DNA of 64,000 bases, taken from assembly GCA_964106645.2 (NCBI GenBank), contig OZ067038.1; one strand, 5' to 3'. How positions within the stretch are numbered: the first letter of the stretch is position 1; each line of letters opens with the position of its first letter. A model generated the notes under the pieces. That model saw only the letters and a list, made by a program, of their open reading frames with translations, did not search any database and had not been told where the DNA came from. The stretch comes from Podarcis pityusensis. Taxonomy: Eukaryota. Shown here piece after piece: positions 52,208-64,000 of this stretch. The position numbers were made by a program, and so were the translations under genes.

Positions 52208-54329
52208 GAAAAACAGAAGCAGTCAGTTGGTGTTTGAACTGGAAGGTTTTCTCAAAAGCAGGCACTCAGTGGGTTCCCTTGCATAAGGCTGTGGTCACGC
52301 TCCAGCTTCTGCAGAGACACACACTCCCCCCCCCCCCGCTAATAATCTAAATCTATGATTTGCTGCACTCACAGGTAAGCACTGAGAATGAGTTATGGCA
52401 CCGGAGTATCCTAAAACCTGATGTCCCACAGACACTGACACTTTCACAATCTGATAATCCCCCCCCCCCAACAAATATTTGGCGGGGGGGAAAGCTTTTC
52501 ATTTAGATGGTTTAAACTTTCTGCTTCTAATCAGGCTTATACATTTTAAGAGTGGAAAGGACAAATGCTCCCTCACCTGAAGTTCAGTTGAGAGGATAGG
52601 ACTCTGAAACTCTAGGGATAGAATCTAAGAATCAAGGTGCCCATTTAAAGCACATGCTTCCCCCAATCCTGAGAACTGTAGTTTACCCCTCACAGAGCTA
52701 CAATTCCCAGCACCATTGACAAACTACAGTTCCCAGGATTTTTTTGGGGGGGGGGACACATGTCCTTTATCATGAAAGAAAGATGCTGAGATGAATGACC
52801 AGAATGGGGAAGAAAAGCTGGGAATTCATCTTTTGGCAAACTACCTTACCTTCTTACTTCTTGGTCCTCACCATGGAGACCTAATGAGCCCCTAGACTGT
52901 GGAAAATAGCTTCATACCCCAAACCCTAGTGTTGCCCACCCCTTCATAGTTCAGCTAATGGTCTCTTGAAATCTACATATGTGTATGCCAACTTTTTCTC
53001 TTGCCTCAGTTAAAAAACGGTGGCACTCACAAAGGGATTTATAACAATGGTCAGATTATACAATGCTAAAGTCAACTCAAGTGCATTTTAATAGTGTTAA
53101 TAAAATTTTAATAAAGCATTATAAAATATTTACAGTGCTCTAACACTCTTTGATACCTGCTTCTCTTTTATCCTGTGTATGCTTCAAGCTTTCGTTGCCC
53201 ACGTTATAGATGAAAATATTAAAATTGGATGCAATGACACGGAACAATATTACTTGTTCTAGCTATACTGTATAATATCGCAGGATGTACATCTTTAAAA
53301 TCCTGAGCTCAGGGAGGCATAAAGACTATGAAATATTGTGCTTGACCACTCTGAATTTCAATAGGTAGGCTCCTATAATTACTGATAATCTGTACAATGA
53401 AATTGAAAGTTAAGAGCAGCAGTATATGAAATATTCTTCAATTATGGCAATTGCAGTAACATTGACCTTCATTTTCTTTAGCAATGAACAATACTTACTG
53501 CAAAGCAAACAGATATTATAAATGAGGATGAGGTGAGGAACTAAAAGAGTTATTCGAAATGGTAAAAATAGTTGTCTTCAAAAGATGCATGAGATTCGGC
53601 ATGACATTCACCTTTGCTCATGGACACTTTTAAACTTTGCTTAAATGATATATATTGCACTGTTACACACTGCTCACACGGCTGCAGCATGAAAATCTGA
53701 AGCTCCCTTTCAACCATCACAGCAGCAGGGTACTCAGAATTTCCCATATAATTATTAGCAGCACCAAAATCATGGTTGTTAGCTTGCCTGGCTTGAAAAG
53801 GAGAACAAGTTTGTCCCTTCTATGAAGTAGCTGCCATGGATGTGAGCACTCCCTTGGGTGCAACAAACTTTAAATAATTTGTGAATCAATTAACTGGCAA
53901 TTCTGCGCACAGCTCAAATTTCACACTCCCAGGTCACTGCATCATCAGCCTGATATGAATCATAACATTTTGGGGAAAAGTTCATAATTGAAATCATTAA
54001 TTAATTTAACAGGACTTTTAGTTATGCATTACATTACACAGCTATAAAGGGGCAAGGATTAATTAGTTGTTTCTCCGACAGTTTTCTCCACTTGGAGGAA
54101 AACTTTTCCAACAATATCTTGACATACTCAAATAAGCATCAGCCTCTTACAGCCAAGTTTCAGAAGTGGGTTTTTTGTCAGCTGGTTTTTGCTGTGCTTT
54201 GTATTTTAACTGCTACACACTGTGATACGAAGAACAAACTGAAGCAAAATGTGGCTCAGGGATTATTTAAATTGGATACTGGTCACCAGCAAAGCACTTG
54301 CCCTTGTGAGCATTTTAGGTATGTAACGA

Positions 54330-54560
54330 TGTAAGAAGAGCCCTCCTGGATCAGGCAAGGGCCCAGCTGGTCAAGCATCCTGTTCCACAAGATACCTATG
54401 GGATGCCTACAAGCACGACCTGAGTACCACAGTGCTCCTCCCTGATGCAGCACTGCCCAGTACCGCCTCCAACAGTACTAGCTATTGTGGCCGGTGGCCA
54501 GTGATAGTCTAGTCCTTCATGAAGGATTTTTACACCATCCAAGTTGGAGATTATCAATAC
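54330..54560 (-). mobile_element. Old CR1-like LINE 3' fragment
   Basis: taagaagagccctcctggatcaggc..gcatcctgttcc, the reverse complement of a CR1-type end. Confidence 0.6.
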
Positions 54561-54732
54561 ACATTATGGGAGAGAATAATATAGCCTAAGTAAGCACTAT
54601 ATAATTGCTATCTTGCTCTACCTTGCTCTCACCATGTGCCCCCAAGCCATCCATTGCAGCACATCCTCCTGATTGTTGGTGTATTAACACTGCTGGCACA
54701 CATGGCAAGAACATTAGAGATGTAACCACATA

Positions 54733-54997
54733 CTGTATTGGCCCGAATATAAGCCGCACCCAAATATAAGCTGCACCTTTAAAATTCAAGGGGGGAGGGG
54801 AGACAATACCCGAATACAGGCCACTCCCTCAAAATTCCGCAGGCACTCACACCCGTTCCGTTTTACCGTATGTCTGTTTCAGCAGCGATATCGTAAAAGC
54901 CCATTTTTGTAAGGTCGCAAATTTTAGCCGCACTTTAACTTTTCACGGTCAGAATTGGGGGGGGGGGGGAATGAGGCTTATATTCAGGCCAATATGG
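54733..54997. mobile_element. Mariner/Tigger-type MITE (265 bp)
   Basis: TA|ctgtattggcccgaatataagcc ... ggcttatattcaggccaatatgg|TA. Confidence 0.85.
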
Positions 54998-57900
54998 TAT
55001 AAAGTGTACACAGATAGGTGTTTTGCCTATGGCCAGCATCATGTTTCAATCAAAACTGATTTAAGATTGTAACTCACAGAAGCTCCAGAACTTTGGGGGA
55101 GGAGTGTGCAGAGACAGAGAAAAGGGGGAGAAAGAAGTAAGGATTCATCTTGTGTACAACCACTTAGTTCAATGTAAAGTAAGAAAATTCTGAATGACTG
55201 CCAGGTTTCAAAGACACCTCTTAAACATCAACAGATCAGACAAGGCAAAGCCTTGGATTTATGGAAGCATCCCGCTCAAATCTGCTTTTGGAACCAGCAA
55301 AACCACACTGAGCTTACTACTGGCCTGATAATGACCAACACATATTACCTAACCTTGCCTTGACCTTGTACGGTGGCATTCTCCCTTGAGTAGGCAGCAG
55401 CCAGGTCTAGCAGGCTCACCATGAAGGCATGGATCATGCAAACCCATGGTGAGAGACAGAGCCTTTTCAGTGTTGGCCCCTTATTTCTAGATGATGATCT
55501 CCCATGAAGTACTTATGTCTTCTTTATTAGTGAGTTTTTAAATACATTTTTATTTGCATCCATCCATCCATATAATTTTAAACTGTTGATTTCATGTTTT
55601 TGTATGATTGGTTTTGTATGCCACCTTGTGAGGATATTTGTCCTGAAAAGTAGGATATAAATCTTGTAATTGATAAATATATTTCCAAAACAAATGGAAA
55701 TTTTGTATTCCATTGTATTTGTATTTGGCAACTTTTACTTACACAGGGAGTGTAGGAGCCCAGGAGAGTGTGTCATCTTAGGGCTAATGTAAAACAAGGG
55801 TCAGAAGCCCATGACCACCTATCATGTCACCATTTGGGAGTCTTCACTGGGAATTTTTAGCCAACTTTTTTTAGCCAATTTTTAGTCAAGTGGTACCCTA
55901 AACCATGTATCACCACACCACTTCTTTCCTCATTATAGGCTCACAGTCCTGCCTGCCCAGTAGGTAAAGTAATATAGGACTACTGGGGCAGCAGTATTGT
56001 GCCATAACAACAGGATTACAATGAACATTATGATTATCTCGAGATGCTGTATTACACCTAATCCAAAGAAGCATTCAGACATGTGTTTTTAAACATATAT
56101 GCACACAAATAGAGAAGTTTATATATGTTGCAAAATGTCACAATCACTGGCACAGTTCGACAGAATTCAAAGAATCTGGATTTAATTCTCTTCTTTCTCC
56201 CCAAGTCAATACAATATTTCTGTTTTCATCATATATGTGAATTGCTCCATAATTGTACTTCAAGAAACCAAATTTTTATGCTTTTGATGGTTATTTTTTA
56301 AGCTTATTTGTTTAAGAAAGGTTTATCTTATTCCTACATTCACTCATTGAACCCATCTCCCTCTCCTTCAAATTCCTCCTCAAACATTTCTCCAAGCCTT
56401 TCTGAACCAGAATTTAACCTGACTCTATCCAAACCTATTGCTTTATCAAATCCTTCCTGCCCTCCGCCACCAACACAGACAGACTTCTAAGCCCTCAGGT
56501 CACACGTCAGGTCATGCTTGTGTTTCTACCATGCTCCATCTACCACACTGAGGAACAGTTAAGTACTAAGAGCACCTTAATTTCCCACAAAGTTCATTTC
56601 AGATTTTCAAACCACATCACTTTGCCCCTTATCATCTAAATGAGACTCTTCTTTTGAATTAGTGTTGTATGTCAAGAATATAAATTATGTTTTACACACC
56701 AAACAAAGTGAGAAATGACCCTGTAGAATTATAATTTTGAAAAGAAGGAGGAAGTAAAATTTTTGTGCTGAATTATTGTCTGAATGTATAGTATATTCAG
56801 GAGGTAATAGTTTATATTATTTATATGATTTAAATCCAGAGACTAATGGTGTCACCCTTAAGAACAAGTCAATAGCAATTGTGCTTATTCAAGCTGAGGT
56901 GTAATATGAGTTTTGTTAGTAAAGAGTACAGAATTATATTGTGCTGTAATGTTAAAAATCTTTATAATAATTCCTGCAAAATAATTATTTATTAGCATTT
57001 GGAAAGGAGACTAACAAAAGTATTTTCAGTACTCTTGGACAGACTGAGGCCTTTTTCCTTCCCAAAGAGCCCAATTAAACTGCACGTATGATGAAAGTAC
57101 AACTATCTCTTAGTTAGACCACTATCAGTCTGAAGCAATGAATTTGATCGTGCTTATAAGTAGACCCATTGAAATCAATTGACTTAAGTTACTATCAAAG
57201 GAATCCTAACAACAGAAAGTCTGTCTAAGTTTTTAATTTACCCCTATTCTAAACTCTGTTCATGAGGTAATTGACTTACACCACTATAAGTGGTGGATTA
57301 CTAGGTTGTGTGACTGAACTGAAAGGAGTTTGGAATAGATGTTTGTCTCTCTTTGCCCTGTCCAGCTCCTGCCACAACCCTGCCATGCCCCTGGAATGCC
57401 CCTTTTTGGGGATTTGTGTCAACATAAATTCCACCATCTTAAGTTCCACCAGCTAAGATAAGGTGAGGGACTTTCCAGCTCAGCTGGGGTGAGACACTTT
57501 TCTGGCACAGACCCAGCCGAGCCCAAATTCAACCAGGAAAGCCCAAGTTTCTCCAAATCCAAACTCTCACATCCCAGTGGGGTCTTGGTTTTGGATTGTG
57601 CTGTTAGTCTGGAGCCAACACAACAATGTTCCAACACTGCTTTGAGCTGCAATAACCAAAGAAATGTCTGCCACCTTATCCTGGTTTTTACCTACCTACC
57701 TACCTATTTACATAATCTCTTAAGAAAAAATTCTAAAGCTATGCACAAGAATTCATTCAGGTGACAATAAGAACAGTATAAAAATAACAATTTAATCCCC
57801 AAAATGTATGTATTTATTTAGAAAAGTATTTATATACTGCCATAAAATATACCAAGGCAATGTATATAACCAAATATAAAACATCATTTAAAATTTGAAT

Positions 57901-58186
57901 AAATACAGATAATCCATTCAGGTGACTAATGACAAATTAAAGATTACAAGAAGCATAATCGAGATCACACCTCTGGAAAGGTATGTCTAAATAAAAAGTT
58001 TTCAACAGGAACTCAAAGATCACCTCTGTCTAATTTGTACAGGGTGGGAATTCCATAAACAAGCAAATTCCAATATACATATACTAATAGGGTAGCAACT
58101 TATGCATCACAAAAAAGGAAATAATGATAATTATTCATACGAAGATGCAGATTATGACTGAATTGCTATAATTCAAATAGAAATTG

Positions 58187-58312
58187 GGATGGCTCAGTTG
58201 GTAGATCATGAGACTCTTCATCTCAGGTTTGTGGGTTCAAGCCCCACATTGGGCAAAAGAAATTCCTGCATTGCAGGGAGCTGGGTTCAAAGCCCTTGCT
58301 CTCCCTTCCTAT
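58187..58312 (+). mobile_element. tRNA(Lys)-like SINE with CR1-derived tail (Squam2-like)
   Basis: A box ggctcagttggtag and B box gggttcaagccc, then ttcctgcattgcaggg, matching the CR1 3' UTR near 10633. Confidence 0.75.
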
Positions 58313-58386
58313 GGTTCTTTATCTTTAAACCTGAAGTGGACCTAACACTCCTTCAAGTATAGGACCCCTTCAAACAGTGGACTGGT

Positions 58387-58652
58387 GAGCCAGTGTGGTT
58401 TAGTGGTTAAGAGCGGTAGTCTCGTAATCTGGGGAACCGGGTTCGCGTCTCCGCTCCTCCACATGCAGCTGCTGGGTGACCTTGGGCCAGTCACGCTTCT
58501 TTGAGGTCTCTCAGCCTCACTCACCTCACAGAGTGTTTGTTGTGGGGGAGGAAGGGAAAGGAGAATGTTAGCCGCTTTGAGACTCCTTAAAGGGAGTGAA
58601 AGGCGGGATATCAAATCCAAACTCTTCTTCTTCTTCTTCTTCTTCTTCTTCT
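58387..58652 (+). mobile_element. Squam3/POMSINE-like tRNA-derived SINE with (TTC)n tail
   Basis: gagccagtgtggtttagtggttaagagc head, B box ggttcgcgtctcc, gggtgaccttgggccagtcac core and (TTC)n tail; CpG-rich. Confidence 0.85.
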
Positions 58653-60089
58653 ACACTGTAGGTCACATGGCCACCTATATGTCATTTTGGTCACTACTTG
58701 GTATCACCATTTCCGTATCCTGTCCCACTTAGCTTTTATACATGCCAAGATGCTGACACCAGACTTCTAATATAGAATTAATTTGTGCCCTCTTGTATCA
58801 CATGGAATGGAAATGCTACTTAACCCAAGAATAAACTTAGTCTCTTAAAAGTTCTTTAAAAAAAAAGTTCTATTGAATATCTTTCATGTTCCTTTATGCC
58901 TTTGTGCATAAATTTTGTTACAGGAGCTGATATACATTGGTTTAATCAAATTACTTCTTCAAAGATTCATTTGGGGCGATTGGATAAATGACAAATCAGG
59001 AAAACAAAGTGGGGTCTACAACAAAATATTGCAGTGTATGTCCCACCCTCTAAGGAGAGTGCTCTTGTTCAGGAATCCAGCCAACCTGAAAGAGGAGTCA
59101 TGTTATATTGTTCAACCCTGGGACTGGGAGTTTCAGGAGTTGCAAAGAAGTAAAGGTCACACCCTTCCCAGGCCTATTCCCGCTGTGCCATAGAGTGACA
59201 GGCTGCTGCTTCCAACCCAAGCATGTTATGGCTACATAGCCAAGAATGTAGTTCTTCTAGAGTGGGAAAGGGGAAATGCACATCCACTAAACATCCCTGT
59301 ATAATGCAAGGTTTCGCTTTTTTAGTACGGGATGAGAATTTATTAACCTCAAGACGTGCATCCTCACAGAACCAAATTCACCTCTCCTCTTCAGGAGAGA
59401 GCAATGGCATGTTGGGATGGAGGCAGTGGTGACTTCCTGGTGGTTGCACTGCACTTGTGAGGTCAGAGGAGTTTGGGGTTAGCAGCAGCCCCACAGGTGC
59501 CCAGTGCCATCACCAGGAGGATACCATTCCCTCCACCCTTATCCAAAAGCAACAGCTATCCAGGGTACTTTAAATACTCTTTTAGGGCTTGAACAGGTCA
59601 ATTTGCTCTTTTTCCCTGCCCTCCTTTTTCCTTGACTGATATCCTAATATTCTGTCTCTCTAATGTTATCTGCCATAGGCTTAACATATAAATTTACACA
59701 GTGTGCCTGCATTCTGGGTTCTTTACACCCCCTTTCTCATTCTCTAGGCCCAACTGGCATTCTTTTCTAAAAGCTCACAGGTGTCTCAGGTACAATTCCA
59801 CATTCATCTAGAACTCAAGACACTCTAGACTAGACACTCTGTCACCCTCCGCCATGTTGTGGGGATAAAATGGGAAAAACTATGTCTGTTGCCCCATGGC
59901 CATTGGGAAAGAGCAGGAGTTGGGTTTCTTTTGAGAACTGTGCACAAAACATTAACCATCCCACAGAAGTAGTAAGTGGCATTTATTATTTTGTTTACAA
60001 TGTCACTTGTCTTGTTTTGCTTTTTAGCACCGAAAGCATCTATCTTGATTCTCCCTCCCATCTTACGCTGATTACTTACATTCAAGAAA

Positions 60090-60420
60090 AACCATGGTAT
60101 TGAAGAAAATAAAAAAGCAGTTTTACATAAAGTTGAATTATTATGAATATGCTGTTTGCTGCTGCCAAAATTGTGTTGGCTAGGCACTGCAAAAGTGAAA
60201 CAATACCATCTATGAAGAAAAAGCTGATCAAGGCTTTAGAGATTGCCAAAATTGATACATTGACTGATAGCATACAAAGAGAAATGGACTATTTCATCAG
60301 TTCCAGCCCTAGATAAATGGAGTACAATACTACAGATTATGCACGGAGGGCGGGAGGAGTTCATTGGAGAGAAGTTTGTTTTTATACTTTGACATCATTT
60401 AATAAAATAAAATTTTAATG
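60090..60420 (+). mobile_element. Old L1/Tx1-like LINE ORF2 C-terminal fragment
   Basis: Translation LFAAAKIVLARHCKSETIPSMKKKLIKALEIAKIDTLT resembles Tx1-type ORF2 ends; A-rich aataaaataaa end. Confidence 0.6.
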
Positions 60421-60610
60421 AAACAATAAAATAACATTTGCAGAACTCCACAGGTTCCCTAGAGGGCCATGTCTGACAGAGGTACTGGAAGAGGAAAGGA
60501 AGGGATCTGGAGCATTGCAAATACTGTAAGCTTCAGCTACCTTTTCTAACAAAACATTAAGAAGGTTCCAAATAACAGAACATGAATGGAAGTTTCCCAT
60601 AGACAGTTTA

Positions 60611-60816
60611 GGTTGTATCCAATGAAGTCATTACACTAGCACAAGGACTTCTACTCCCTTTCCACAGCCACCACAAATCTCCAGAGAGTTGGGGAACCCC
60701 TAGAACAGATTTGGTGTGTTTGTGTACATGTGTACATGGGGCACACAGGAAGAGAAAGTCTCTCTGCACAGAAATAAGTCCTTGCACTAACAGGACCACT
60801 TCCTTGGACACAACCC
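60611..60816. mobile_element. ~205-bp MITE (possibly PIF/Harbinger-like)
   Basis: Inverted ends ggttgtatccaa / ttggacacaacc; internal gagagttggggaacccctagaacagatttgg core. Confidence 0.65.
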
Positions 60817-62029
60817 TATGGTTTACATTGCTTGCCTTTATATAGTGCAATGATTTACTACATAATTTTATTACTTGTTTTTCCAGGGTTAAATTATTTT
60901 TGGACGATTTACCTAATTGATTTTTTTTTATTGTTTTTGCCTTTAAAAACTATACGTGCAACTTGATTCTTTCTACACATTTCTCAGAAAAAGTTACAAC
61001 CAAAAATGGAGATGTTATTTGTGTTTGAATTTTCCTAAACTCCTTTTCTGTCTATGATTCAGAAATGCCATCTGCTAGAGTTTAATTTAATACTTTGAAT
61101 ACTTAGTCCTGCTTTATAAAACCAGTTGTTGTTATGAAGGGGCTGACAAAAGGGTCGAAATAGATATTTCTAGGGAAACTAACTGGAATGCAAATCCTGA
61201 AGCTATAGATTCTGCAGTCTGTATTTTCTATTTATGAATATACAGCAACTGCTTAATTGCTGAAGGCATGTGGAGTGTGTTGGGTTTGGAGTTGTGAGCC
61301 ATGTATAACTCACTAGATGGCTTTGGGAAATGACTACATCTCACCCTATCATACGTCACAAGGTTGAAATGATAAGCAAATGATATGAAGAAACGAGGTA
61401 ACTTTGTAGAACACTTTTACTCAACCAGTAACATACCACTGACAAAGATACCCAAATCTTTAATTAATGGGAGGGGAGGCATTCCAGCATGCAGCAGAAG
61501 TGGTGGGTAGGGTGTGGCAGAGAGGTGGGGGGCAGGGACAGACACATTCCTATTTTGCCTCAGGTGCTGAAATGGGATGAACGGCCCCTGATTCTTCCTA
61601 TGGCAAAGCAAGTATGTGAGAATTGCAAGCGCAGATGTAACCATAGATCTCCATCATATTTCACAACAATTATATTAACTTTTTACAACTCCAGTGCCAG
61701 GAATGCTCTTAATCTCTCCATAATAAATAGTGATATCAATGATGATTTCTGTAGTGACATAGCCTTTTCAGACTCCTGGTAACTTGAATGTAGTTAGACC
61801 TTTGAATAACACAGTTGCTCAGTTAAATGGATCTTATGCTGAATTGTCGTTCATCCAGGAAACTGTGTTTTCAAAACCTTAAATTTAAAATCTAGGCTTG
61901 AAGTAGGAAGCATAATTTAAGGGAGAGTTAATCCTTAGAAAGTGTGCATACATTCCTAAAATACTGCCCCACTAATCACAGAGCTCTGCAGGAGGGGGTC
62001 TCCTACAAATACCATCTCACCTGAAAGTC

Positions 62030-62290
62030 TGTTACATAAAACATAGGAATAAACCCTTTAGTGTGGCAAAACCTACCCCTTGGAACTCCCTCCCATTACA
62101 TATCAGACAGGTTCCATATCTCTTTTTGGTGCCTATTTCCTTTTTCAACAAGCCTTTATCTCAGTCTGTATCTATATTGGATTTCAAAGGGCTTTTCTGT
62201 GAGTTTTTATTGTTGATATTTCTTATTGTAAAGTCAGTGTGGGACATTTCATGGGACTGCCTCAGTAGAGAGGTCTACATGCAATAAATG
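62030..62290 (+). mobile_element. Degenerate L2-like 3' end
   Basis: F-S-V-A..P..WNSLP-like remnant (cctttagtgtggca...tggaactccctccc) and an aataaa end; similar remnant at ~55440-55680. Confidence 0.5.
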
Positions 62291-64000
62291 AAATCAATAC
62301 TACCTATGTACATGTGTACAGTAGGATAAGACAGCACTCTCCAAACAATGGGGGCATCCAACGAAGTGAAAAAAAACATTTCTAATGCTCATTTCTTTTA
62401 TATTATCTAGGTCGTCGCCTAACTAGAAAATATGGAGTATGAAGATATTATAACGGGAGAAAATATGGCAGGTGAGAAAAGCATTTCCCTTACCACTGAT
62501 TAGAACATTTAGGTGAGTATGCAAATGTTACCTGGCCCCGTCACAGGCTGCCTTTCTGCTCTAGCAGTGTCTCGTGAAAGGTGTCATCAGAGAAGAAGCC
62601 AGCAAGACAGCATCTAGTAGGTCTATTAAAAACAAAGACAGAAAATAAGTTGAATAATTGTGAAATAATAGCAATCACAGATTAATGGTTTAATCTGCAT
62701 GACTGCTTGACTAGCTGAACCTTTGGTCTGATCATCTAGATCTTCTTTTGTTCTTATTTTAATGGGAGAGTGTAAGGTGTGCATTAAAGTGCTTAGTTGT
62801 AGCTTGATCATCCTCTAGTAGCAGATGTCTTTTAAAAGTTGTTATCGTATGGAAATGGTCATCTGTTTCCACCTTTACTCTCTTGAAGTCCTAATGGAAC
62901 TTTCTCCACACTGAATCAATGTAGCTCCCTTGTAGAATTCAGGCACTTACTTCCCAATATGGATCATTTTATTCCTTTTGTCAAAAAAAATACCATTTAG
63001 TCTAAAGCAGTTTATATATCTTGCACGAGTTTTATTTTCATTTACAAAGTAAACAAGTCAAAAACAAATTCTTGCATGCAGAAAGACACAGAAGTAGCTC
63101 ATATATTTTGGATGGTTTCTCAGACAGATCCTAAATGTAATATGTACACAGTTTTATTCTTGTGCTTTCACTGAATGTTGTTAAACTGTCCAGCCTACAA
63201 GTCGGAACTATATGACATTGCAAAAGCTTTACTGTTTTTAGATGCCGAGCACTCTGTGATGTCTTCCATCTGGAGAGGAGTACAGGATTAAAATAAACAT
63301 CAAATTGTGGAGATCACAAGGGGCAATTTGTCAGCAGGAAAAGGTAGAGAGGGATCAGTTACCACAGTGTATTGCTACAGTGCCAGCAATGCAGCATCTT
63401 TTAGAGTTCATGGAGACAGTGCGCCTGACTAATGATCTTATTAGAGCACTACATAGTCAAAGAAAACAGGGCCTTAAGAAAAGATGGAGCAGAGAAAACA
63501 CTGCAAGAAGTGTAAAATTCTTATAGCAGAAATAATGTCTTGCTGCTATAATACATATACACTGCAATATCTAGAAGAGCTCAAAGGAGTGGTCAGCAGA
63601 ATGTGTGTTTGTGAAGATCCATGACAAGTCAACAAATCTCTTTCTAAAGAAATAATTATTCTTACAGAATGTCAACCCTTGCAAGGCAGAAACAGGACAG
63701 GTGCTGACATTCTCCAAAAATGCCATTTTAAATTCATCCATGTCTAACACTCTGGGGAGTATAATTCACCCTTATGAAATATCAGCCTGAGGTTGTGAGT
63801 GTCTTCTCTGGTTTAGGAATATTTCCACTGACCATGTCTGAAGAAAGAAAGGTGAGAAAAGGATGATAAATAGTCTCCAGTCTTACACAGTCCTCTGCCT
63901 CTGGCCACAGCTTCTCAAATAAAGGAAAAGGAAGAGTTCACATTGGTGATTTTAGGTTCAGGGGTATACTTGGAAATTCAGAACACAGTAGGGCAGCACT

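Noticed and set aside
58187-58460. tRNA genes
   Set aside because: The A/B-box heads continue into SINE bodies and tails.
62720-63530. Possible decayed RTE-like RT fragments
   Set aside because: Only vague peptide resemblance, on inconsistent strands.

Overview
Vertebrate genomic DNA, almost certainly a squamate and probably a lacertid lizard, judging by Sauria-SINE, Squam3/POMSINE-like and Squam2-like SINEs, CR1/L2 LINE fragments and TA- or 8-bp-TSD MITEs. The window is AT-rich and mostly intronic or intergenic. It has two assembly gaps, no confidently identifiable host coding gene (a few weak minus-strand exon candidates only) and several TAAT-rich blocks that look like conserved non-coding elements. 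The main finding is a heavily decayed, multiply frameshifted and TE-interrupted minus-strand copy of a Flaviviridae-like NS5/NSP1 gene at about 17.6-20.6 kb. Its anchor is a near-intact RdRp motif A (ADDCAGWD/SRIS), with collinear remnants of motifs B, C and E, the thumb region and possibly the methyltransferase. It is a candidate ancient non-retroviral endogenous viral element, possibly jingmenvirus-like, and the ORF track misses it. All comparisons to viral and TE families are from memory, with no database search.
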